A stretch of 64,000 bases of DNA from Styela clava (Eukaryota), in assembly GCF_964204865.1 (NCBI RefSeq), contig NC_135261.1:6882001-6946000 (forward strand). The letters run 5' to 3'. The notes under the pieces are model-generated. The model ran no database searches, was not told the origin of the DNA, and worked only from the letters and a program-made list of their open reading frames with translations. Position 1 is the first letter of the stretch, and each line of letters opens with the position of its first letter. The translations under genes and the position numbers were made by a program. Positions 53,492-64,000 of the stretch are shown here, piece by piece.

Positions 53492-55023
53492 TTTGGGCAA
53501 AACTAGTATTATGAGTTGGAAATCGAATTTAACTCGGATTCTTTGAACTAGGACAAAACGAGTTGGTGATACCAATTCTTAGTTATTGTGCGTCATTCGC
53601 GTCGCAGGCCATATCCCTAGGACAAAACATGTCGTTTTGATCGGACAATCAAGGTTATTTCTTCTGCCGTGCTTGATAATACATTAACTCAGTGAACCAA
53701 TTTATTATATATAAGCACGTCACGGTTTATATAAAAAAAGATAAGAGGGGAGTGTCAAGTCAGAAAGGAACAGTATTTACCCGTAAGATACTGGAGAATT
53801 GTGACGATCAAGTTGGGGAATTCTGATATCTTTGCATTCGTCGTTGGGAGTGGAGATCAGGCAATCCCAGAAAGAGGATACAATAGTGATCAAGCTAAAA
53901 ATTGGACCGCTCCCATCTGCCCTTACACAACGTTCAATAATACTATTATAAAGGCTATGGGTTAATTAGAGTTCATTCAATCTGCGCACTCACCAGACCA
54001 AAGGTTGCAAATAAACCATTTTTCGATGTGTATCATGTATGAATAAGAATGAAAATTATCAAAAGATTAACCAAATTTTGTGCGGTGGTTTGCAGTCGAT
54101 GTTTTTAGATTTAAAATGGAGAGAGGCGTTGTTTTTCGTCAACATATTCGAAATACCTTAGACTTTAGAGAACTATTTTGTTAGCGGAAACGATATTATA
54201 AAGGAATTTGACTCCAACTTCCAACGTTTAATGAATAACCCTCCCTTATCTCGGAAGAAATTCTACTGATCGCTTGAATCGCGAATCGCAATAGATCCAT
54301 AAATAGATAGCGATCGGCGACCGCCGACATATTGATCGTTCGCAGAGACGAAAGTTAAGGGATCCACCCAAACAGAAATCGCGTTTTCGATTCCTTCGCT
54401 CTGACTCAATAGCGACATTGCGCGTTCCATCACTAATTAATTAAGAACTCGCGAATTATACGACATATTTCATCCAAAATGAACGCTTATAAAATGATTA
54501 ACAGCTCTTAACATATTTCATTCTTCGGAATTTCAGCAGTTGAATCTATTTACGTGACTGACATAGTAGGCTGTAAAATAGGCTAAATCGATCACAAAGA
54601 GCTTGGAAATTAATTGCTGGCGTGAGGGGTAATTAATGATGCAAATATTTCGTGATAATTGTAATCAATAAATTTTATATTGATTGAATTAGATGCAAGG
54701 TGCTTATCATAACAAATGTAAATTACCTTTTTAATGTTAATAAATCGATAAAGTTTTTAAGTTGAGTATTGTAAATTGATAACAGAGATTCAGCCACAGA
54801 CTAGAACTGGATATAGGTTTCAGATGCTACGGAAAACAAATCTACTTAATCTGAGTTTGTCGTAAGCTAAGATTTCACTCATTCGAATGTTCCGGGATTT
54901 CCCATATCCATAATTTTTTATACCTACGTTGAAATTTCAAGTAATGATTTGTATGTATTATGCGGTTTATTAGTTCTAGATTAGTTTGGACGAGTTGAAA
55001 ATTGCAGAATCAAACTACGAAAA

Positions 55024-57445
55024 ATGTGCTCTGGTCTTGAATGGACAGTAGATGGCTTTGACTTTCGAATTCGTGAGTTGGATTCTGATGACATTTCAGA
55101 AGTACGTGGAATGGTCGTCGGCTGTTTGTATAAGATACTGTTTATGGCATTTAAAGGATTATTCGTGAAAAATTGGCGAACACAGGTAACTTTATTGAGA
55201 AAAATTAATTAATTCTATTATTATCCTGATGAATTGTTGGTGATTTCGTAGTATGTGCACCAAGATGTCGCACAACCTGATCATACTATGTGTACCAGAT
55301 TAGGGTTCAGGCTGTGCGTCATCTTGGTGCACATACTTCGCGAGTGCCGAATTGTTTAATATCCAACTATTTAAAAAGGGAAAGTTTTATACCACATTTT
55401 TCAATAATGCTGTTTTACTTTGGGAGGCCAAAAAGTCCCCGCAATACTTGTTCAATTCCTAAAAATTTATGCTGTTTCGTTTTAGAGGTGGTTGCATAAT
55501 ATCATCTGCAACCATAACGTTATTATTGTGCCGAATGCTTGGTTGATAAAATTTACAGCATAGAAAAACTGCAATTAGGCAAACAGTTTTACTAAAATCC
55601 TAACATGACTGAACTATATTCAGATTGTTCTGTCAGGGTTGACCGCGTTGCTTCTCATTAACATCGGATACGACGCGCAGTATATCACAATTTTTGTCCT
55701 TTTTCAAACATGTCTGTTGGGTTTTACAGGTGAGTTTTTTCCCAAATTTAGGAGGCAAGTGTATCGCTGGTTATAATAAAATTTTACAGGGTTGTTTACT
55801 AAACCCGTCGTCATTTAGTTTTTGCCTGTATCTTTCTAGTATTTCAATTCTCCACCTAAACCATACGGTAGTTGATTTTATGAAATAAACAAAAACTAAT
55901 GACTGATATTTACCTGTTTGTTTTTAGTCCAATATAATATTTACCGACGTTACAAACTGTATTGTTCTTTAATGCATTCTCTCGTGATAGTTGTATTTTT
56001 TTAAAATAATCCGCACAGTAGTCTCAAGGTACTCAGAAGTTGAGCCTCATTTAGTTACTTTTTTTCATACTAACCTGCATCAGCTAGGTGTCGCCGCTCG
56101 AAGACCTCTATGAGTCCCTCGCGCCTCCGGTCACACAATTAACACGATCAGTATATTTTATTTGTTGTAACAGTTTTTCTTTATGCTTGTTTCTTATGAT
56201 GACAAATAAAAGATCGATTGGTTGATTGATACGATTAGTTAATACATTCAAGAACGTATGACCAATTCAACGTCAACAACTTTAGGACGTAAAAAAAAAT
56301 ATTCCATTGTGCTTACGGTATAATTATGATTAGATGCAGTCTCGTTTTACTGTTTCTTTGCACCGGAAATAACAACATTTAAAAAAGAAATTGTCAACGC
56401 AGACAAGACTTACCTGAAATTTTGGATTTCTGAGGTTTTCGAAGATGGTGAATGGAAGAAAGTAGGAACAGCGGCTCTGCATGAACCATATCAACTAGAT
56501 AAGTGCGAATTTCAAACTGGAGAAATAACTTCTTTAAAAGTAAGTGCAATGTATGTATATAGAAAATGCCAAACACTTTTAAATAAGTGTTTAATAACAA
56601 AACGAAATAACATTCCAGATTTAAAGAATATTCGAGATGATTCTTCCTACATCCTTTCACTATAATCGAAATGCAAATCTTCCAAATTAAAATATTTGGT
56701 TTATGTAACGATCAGTCAAGCTTTGATTAAATTCTTGAGTAATGGGTCGGCATTTCTACAGTACATTTCTAAACATGTATGACATACACTGTAAATAATA
56801 TCGCTGATGTATTTCATCACAAATATCATGAACAATATCACTTGAAACCGGAAGTTCGCTTACCGATAATTCTGTGTTAAGTCTAACGTGTGTGCAGTCT
56901 TTAAAATTGATGGAGTGGAGAGCTATAATATGGTATATATAATATATATTAAAAAAAAATTTGTAGGCGCATCAAAAGTATGTGTACCAATATGGAGGTG
57001 ACAAATTTGGTTTGGCTACTTTACATCAAGTTGTGTAAAGGGACTGAAACCTATTTCAGTATATTCACTTGGCTAACACAGTATCCGAACCCGTATTTGA
57101 ACTAAAATAGGGAAAATCGGAATAAATTTATTGTACAACACAACCTGGTACACCTACTATGGGAGTACCAATTTGTACAATACCAAATTTATGATTTTAC
57201 AGTGTGTATCAGTATCGCGCGACTGGAGATCCAAGAAGATGGGAACGATGCTGCTGAAGTACGCACTCAGTCAAGCAACTTTGATGAATTATAAAGCTAT
57301 TATTCTTCGTGTTATCGAGGAGCAGCCAACGGCCGTTTCTATGTATAAAAAGAATGGATTTGAAATACTGAAGGTGAAAAACACGGCATGTCTACCTCTA
57401 CTCTATGGGATAAATGTCTACGTCATGGCTAGAAACCTTGGGTAA
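55024..57445 (+). CDS. NAT8/camello-like membrane GNAT N-acetyltransferase, 236 aa. Exons 55024-55185, 55624-55729, 56340-56539, 57203-57445
   Basis: FRIREL..DDISEV, hydrophobic segment, FWISE...VGTAAL, LKCVSVSRDWRSKKMG.MLL, Q.TAVSMYKKNGF. Phases are consistent. Confidence 0.85.
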
Positions 57446-58320
57446 ATCAAGATTTAGTTTGAGGCATCTTTTTATCATGTGCAATTGTAGCAACAAACTT
57501 CGATTTATAGTAATCCCTAATTTTTAACACTAGCACACAATGTTTCTGAATCGTGATTTCTCTTGTACTTCACACTTTAATGTCCACATAGAGTCAGTCA
57601 TCTGCACTCCATGGAAGAAATTGTTTTATCCCAAACTGGTTGATAAAATGTGATTCGCACTTAATATTTGACATTAGTCGCGAATTTTATCTCGATACCC
57701 CAGAGCAACGGTTAAAATCGCACAATTTCATCTCCAAACGACAATTTACAATTTTTGGCACTCCCGTAGTATGGCGCACAATCTGAACCCTAATTTGCTA
57801 CGCATACTATGTTCAAGTTGTGCGCCATCTTGGTACACATACTACGGGAGCGCTTTTTTACGTAAATGACCGCTCCAAGACATCGAGGCTCTTCTTTAAA
57901 CTCTTTGCAGATGTCACACGATCATTTCCAGAATCATCCAAACGATATTTCTATCGCAAAACTATCACCGAAACGATTATTCCACAAACGTCAAATTGTC
58001 TGCGACAATTTCATTCAGAGATCCTAATTTATTTTGTTGTTTATCCGACGGTTACAATATAAATTGTTTTGGTTTCTTTAAACGATCGTGGTTTTCTTGG
58101 TTGTCATTTGTTAATTAGTATGGGGATTAGAAAGATTATACTCTATAGTAAAATTTAAATATATCTTGATGTAATTAAGTGAGAAAGAAATAGGTGTGAT
58201 AGCGAGCGAATTCAATCACCCTCTGCCTTCTGTAACGGAAATGTACTTCATGTACGTTCGCGCACGCAAGAAACTTTACATAAGAAGTGCTGTAGTTGTA
58301 ACGTCGTAAATCCACGGATG

Positions 58321-61300
58321 TTATTGGACACGTTAGTGGACCTATGGATCGTTTCAATATTATGTTGTTGGACACGTAGTGGACATAACGATCGTTTCCA
58401 TATTATGTTGTTGTTGTTGTTGTTCTTGTTCTTTGACACGTTTTTAAAAAGTCGCTTTTCTCTTCGAATACTGGACCAATTGCTTTGAAATTCTCAGTGG
58501 TTAAAGATAAAAATTTTCTCCAGAAGGCTATTACTTTTTTTTTCGCTATGACGTCATCAAAATTATGTGACTCTACGTGTCCATATATTTGAGCATTGCA
58601 CTCTTGTTGTTCTTTGACATTATTTGGACACCTAGTGGAAAATTTAAAAATTCGCTTTGTCTCTGATTACTGGACTAATTTCTTTGAAATTTTTAGTGGT
58701 CAAAGATGGAATTTTTCTCCAGAAGGCTATTACTTTTATTTATTTCAAATATTTCTGTTAGCTCTGTGAGATTTGCTTTTGTTTGCTATGACGTCACCGA
58801 ACGTTCTGCGGACGCATATGCTGGCACTCCTCTTCATGTTCTTTCGATCACGTGCCATCGAACGTCGGTGGTTCGTAACGGAATCCTTGCTTTGCTAAGA
58901 TTTGAGGAATGGTGAATAGCGAATAGCGCCGTACTTGGTGTTACGTATATTACAGCAGTGTCTCGGATCGTTGGTATTACTACAGTTGTGAGTCGGACCA
59001 TCTTGCAATTTCAATTCACGCTGTCACAAGACAGTAACTGCTAAAGACAGGGCAGTTCCAGTACCGTAACACAGCACAGTGACACTGGACTAACTCGTAT
59101 CTGTCTGGTAAAAGCGGGGCTTGTATTTTAAATTTTGTTCCAATAATGAAGAAGGAAATGAAACGGATTACTTAGTATTTCAATTCATGTTGCAATTGAA
59201 TATAGAAAATAGATTCATTTACACGGGACATGTGAAGTGGGAGGCAGACAACTCGACTACAGACGGACAACTCGACTACAGACAGGCCTGGTGAGTTGTC
59301 TGTGTAGTCGAATTGTCCATCAGCCCTAAACGTTTATGACAGTCACTGTACCGAAACTTGTACCCTGATTCAGGTGGTGTTAAGTTGACGCATGTTATTT
59401 TGTAACGTTTTTATGTGAAATGTTCGACTGTGGTTCGGTACCTGATCCGGTAATACGGTAAATAATTGACTCATATCACGAGATATTTCAATTGATGTTT
59501 CAATATATTTGAGAATAATGGAACATTGTCACAGGACGTAAAATATCTATGACAGTCCCTGTACCGTCACAGTACTCCGATACAGGTACTGGTAAGTCAC
59601 CGCATATGATTTTTGGGGAATTGTTGTGCGTGTCCATATATTTGAGCATTGCTCTCTTGTCATTAATTATATATTAGGAAAATGCACATTTATTGAAGAT
59701 CACAATGATCATGATTTTTTGATTATAATGCTTTGATTCATGGCGATAACGCAAGATAGAAAGGTCAATCCCTGACATATAATACTATATATATACTCTA
59801 AATATGTATTTTTAGATTTGCAAACGTCTTGCTGCATTAACATTCGTCCTTGTTGTTGTTACTAAAACGAAATCGTTGCACCAATCGAATATAAATTTAC
59901 AGTAGCCTACCTAATAACGGCTAAAGCCGCTAAATGACACTTTTTATTCCAATGCTCGTCCGCCAATATTGCAGCAAATCAAACTCAGTGTTCTAAAGCC
60001 TCTTTGTAACGTTACCGATACAAGACCATCTTAGTCCTACCGCTGCCTAATGAATTGCTGCGGTGGTGGCACCTGATTTGCCATTTGCATTCCGATCTTT
60101 TCATGAGGGGGTTTCCGACTTTAGTGTAGGTCGCCTGTGTTACCGGTAGGCTACTTCGGTTAGTCACTGAATCGTCGTGTTCATATATTGGAACCTTGTT
60201 AGACATGAAGTGTATATATGGACCCTCTTGTTATTATGTTGTTGTTGTTGTTGTTAGTCATTCTCTTCTCTTTATCGTTTTAAAAAATCTTCCTTCCCAT
60301 TTACTGGAACAATTGCTTTGACGTTCTCAGTGGTTAACCCGCTTATCTCTCTCCACCTGGGTCCACGGTAGCCTACTGTAACGGATTGCATACCCGTACT
60401 ACTTCGTGCCCATATATTTGAGCATCGCTCTCTTTTCCAGGTGAAATCTTTTGTAAACAATCACCACATTCGATCATCATCCAAAAAGTTTCGTTGTTTT
60501 TTTTGAGATTTCTAGGGGCCAAAGTACTCTTCAATACATTAGAATAAAATTTTGGCACAATTTGACTTCTGAGATTGAAAAATAGATAAAAAATTTCAAA
60601 ATCCAGTTACGCAATAACATCTTTATGTTCATAATACACATTGCCCATCTATTTCAAACTTGTTTATGGATCCATTGTTTCATTAAGATGTATGTTACTT
60701 ACCTATTTATAACGCTACTGTAAAAACCACTTACTCTATAGTTGAAAAACATAATTCTGAAATTAAAAAAACTTGTTGATAATATTTCAATTTATTTGAA
60801 TGTCCAAGCTTAAGCAGTCAGAACAACATTGCACCAAATTAATATTTAAGCTAAGTCCTATGCGAATAGCCTCGAAGAGTCATATTGAATTCATGGTGTT
60901 TTTGTTTTATAACAATTTTCAAGTTTATCTGTATATTTGATCTGCATATAGTAATGTCGGTTGATAACATTTAGCCAACAGTAGACCAATTTTCCATCTT
61001 TCGAAACGGCATTCTGCATTCACACTTGCAAGGTGTCTGTAATGTAGAAAACATAAGAGATTATTGGACACGAAGTGGACATAACGATCGTTTCAATATT
61101 ATGTTGTTGTTGTTGTTGTTCTTGTTCTTTGACACGTTTTTAAAAAGTCGCTTTTCTCTTCGAATACTGGACCAATTGCTTTGAAATTTTCAGTGGTTAA
61201 AGATTAATTTTTTCGCTAGAAGGCTATTACTTTTATTTATTTCAAAATTTTGCGTGAATTCTATGAAATTTGATATTTCGTTAAGAGATTATTGGACACG

Positions 61301-62495
61301 AAGTGGACATAACGATCGTTTCAATATTATGTTGTTGTTGTTGTTCTTGTTCTTTGACACGTTTTTAAAAAGTCGCTTTTCTCTTCGAATACTGGACCAA
61401 TTGCTTTGGAATTTTCAGTGGTTAAAGATTAATTTTTTCGCTAGAAGGCTATTACTTTTATTTATTTCAAAATTTTGCGTGAATTCTATGAAATTTGATA
61501 TTTTGTCTAAAATTTTGCTGTATTATTTTTTATCCATGGGAACACGGATTTTAGTCAGTGTCATGGCTGGCTGTACGTCTTGATTCTGCAAAATTCTTGC
61601 TACTGGAAATTCAGAACTTTTTCGAGGGTACCGGTAGCGTCAAATGTACCGGTAAGGACTGATTCGCTCTGGTCTAACGTGTCCATATATTTGTGCGTAG
61701 CTCTCTTGTATTATATTTAATACTAATTCAAATGTTCCTATGAATAGCTGTGACAGAAAAAGAGCAGACGAAAATATTTCGCAATCAAAAGAAAATAATT
61801 TCAGAAAATTTTAGTCCCCAATCATCAATAAAGATATTTCTAATATGCATCCTAATATTATGATAATTCAAATATTTAGATAATTTCATAGTAGCTAAAA
61901 TACAAAGACTAACAAAACAGCAAACGTTTATTTAAATTTGGAGTAAAAAATTTACCAGTGAGGATCGTGAAGTCGGAAAACAATACACGATACAAAGGTC
62001 ACATGTGCAGGGAGATGTAGCGAGATCGTCCCAAAACATATAAGACCAAAGTTGGATTCTAATATCTAATAATTGCAGTGCCACTGGAAAAAAAAAAAAT
62101 CCATTCACAATTTTGGAATTTAGAAGTTGAAATCGCAGTAAAATTAATTGTAGTCCACGTTTTTCTCAGTACGAATATGAAAGTCGCTGTCCGTGTTTAA
62201 GGGATCGGAATCTAGTGCCGAAGGTCCGAATAAACAGTCACATAGAGAATTATTTAATTATCTCACCTTAACAGTAATATTTCCTTTGTACAGTTTTCCA
62301 CCTTCTTCGTAGATTGTCCAGATGTTTCCAAGGCACCAGATAGTCTGGCATTCACATTCTTTATCATCGGTATCGTGTGGGTGAAAACTGGAAAACGTGT
62401 CAACATGTCGTTGATATTCATTTTCACTTTCGCCACAAGGAATATTTGGAAATCTATTAAAAACACGAAAGAGCAATGCTCAAATATAAGGACAC
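58321..62495. mobile_element. Cluster of Helentron-associated (HINE-like) elements at about 58321-58608, 58620-59660, 60220-60435, 61061-61709 and a minus-strand end at 62469-62495. Further ends near 35277 and 39233
   Basis: 5' TTATTGGACACG and 3' CGTGTCCATATATTTGAGCATTGCTCTCTTGT (subterminal inverted repeat plus GAGCATTGCTC hairpin), (GTT)n microsatellite, shared core, no TSD. Confidence 0.65.
60971..62453 (-). CDS. Last two exons (62453-62267, 61036-60971) of a paralog of the secreted cystine-knot-like gene; 5' exons not resolved
   Basis: FPNIPC...CECQTIWCLGNIWTIYEEGGKLYKGNITVK|TPCKCECRMPFRKMENWSTVG*, with the same intron positions and phases as 43384-44531. Confidence 0.8.
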
Positions 62496-64000
62496 GAAGA
62501 CCAAAATAATTTTTTTACCTACAATTTTCCCCAAATTCTGTCCTAAATGAATCGGGTATTGTGGAACACGTACTGTAACTTACCAGTACCTGTATCAGGG
62601 TAACGGTACCCAACATGAATTGAAATACCAAATGATCTGAGTCACAACTGTACTACAAATATTTACAGTACCGGTGACGTAGCTACCGTAAAAAACGTTC
62701 CCACTGCCGCAAGCACCAGCTCCGCTGACATACGGTCGGGTATAGACCACTATTTTTAGTTTTGTAGACGTCACTACACAAAACGTTATATGGGAAAACG
62801 AATCCCACAAAGACCACAGAAAATTTTGAAACGCTATTCGACGTAACAGATGGTGCTAAGTTGGGTATGCTATTTCAACCGGGTAAAGGTAATTCCATGG
62901 TTCAGTTTATTCTCAAAACAAGATAGTTATTAACGTTGCTAGAAAGTAGGTTAAAATTGATGCGTTTAGTGCGAAAGATTCTCATCGCTGAATGCCATTG
63001 AATTCCTGAATTATGAGACGCCATTTTCTTATTTCGTAAAAAAACACCGATTTGCCACTATAAAATAGACGGGACCACAGTAAGCCAGCATTAAACTCAA
63101 TCAAACTGAAATATTTATGAAAAGCAGGAGCCAAGTCAAAATTATTTTTCCCAACCAGAAAAGTTAAAATCGCGCACAAATTACGAGAAAATAATATTTA
63201 CAGTTTTATTGGGGAAGGGAAGTCGCGGGGCACCAAAACTGATTATCGAGTAGGGACACACAATGTTGCAATATATAATTTAACAGAATGGGAGTTTTAG
63301 AGTTTTAAAATCTCTGTTATTGATGGTAAGTACTATATGAATTTTGCGAATTAGCCAACTATCCTCAATTGTAAAATTATTATTCATCAGACTTTATAAG
63401 AATAAAGATTACTAGGTACAATAAACCGCCTGAAGTGCTTACTAAATAAGACAAAATATAAGCATTAAAAATAAGATACCGGATATACTGCTACGTACTT
63501 CCTAATACATTTTTGCAGCGTGCTGCTCATACTCGCTTTCAATAGGCCTCGGGCAAGTGACTTGCAATAATCGAAAATTTGAAACGTTATTGAAAGGTTT
63601 AGTTAGGTCTTAGCATATCCTACCGATCCTTACACTCTGGATAAAATGAAAAAATGAATTTTAACAAATCATCTTTGTCAACCTACATAAGCATTAATTA
63701 ACAGGTGACGTCAACAATGCGCATATTTTGTATTCTTCGGACAATTTTTCGTCGGTGTGCATTATAACCAGAAGGTGCGCCTAATCTATGTATCATGTAG
63801 TGCTTCATGCTTTATTACCTACACATCAAAACCATGACCGGTGGCGTCTTATTTTCCGTTGCGCCCTATGTATGAACAAAACTCCAATCTAAGCCACTTG
63901 TGACCGCAACCCGATCGATATATTTAGGCCCAAAATGCTCGGGTTTACTTGAATATTGGTATATAGCAATAACGCATATAGCAATTAAAATTCGGAAATT

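Noticed and set aside
58321-61500. Repeated units that might be read as a CRISPR-like array
   Set aside because: Eukaryotic context, long irregular units and no unique spacers; explained by HINE-like elements.
61957-62083. Exon-like segment on the minus strand (strong acceptor, SPCTCDLC, GTAAAT donor) inside the paralog's last intron
   Set aside because: Its only open frame is phase 1, which does not fit the phase-0 donor at 62267. The true homologous exon is at 61036-60971.
63499-63636. Possible upstream exon of the paralog (YCKSLARG...KCIRK)
   Set aside because: The donor phase fits, but there are in-frame stops after the obvious acceptor, so it cannot be supported.

Overview
AT-rich, intron-containing animal genomic DNA. 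The compact introns, repeat types and gene set look like an invertebrate chordate such as an ascidian, but this is inference. All gene models were spliced by hand from GT-AG sites. Left to right: the 3' six exons of TPGS1, with three near-identical 125-nt box C/D snoRNAs in three separate introns; a complete 18-exon PIGG whose phosphodiesterase-like domain has lost two predicted metal-binding aspartates; a reeler-domain gene; a PLAC8/cornifelin gene; an unassigned secreted cystine-knot-like family present as one intact gene, one inverted deleted duplicate and one diverged paralog; a membrane-protein exon; a frameshifted intronless SAM methyltransferase; and a NAT8/camello-like acetyltransferase. 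The spaces between are filled with non-autonomous elements: Merlin-like MITEs, hAT MITEs (nested, plus one apparent composite), a tRNA-derived SINE and Helentron/HINE-like elements. The strongest leads are the snoRNA triplet, the cystine-knot family with its palindromic duplication, the altered PIGG active site and the composite hAT element.
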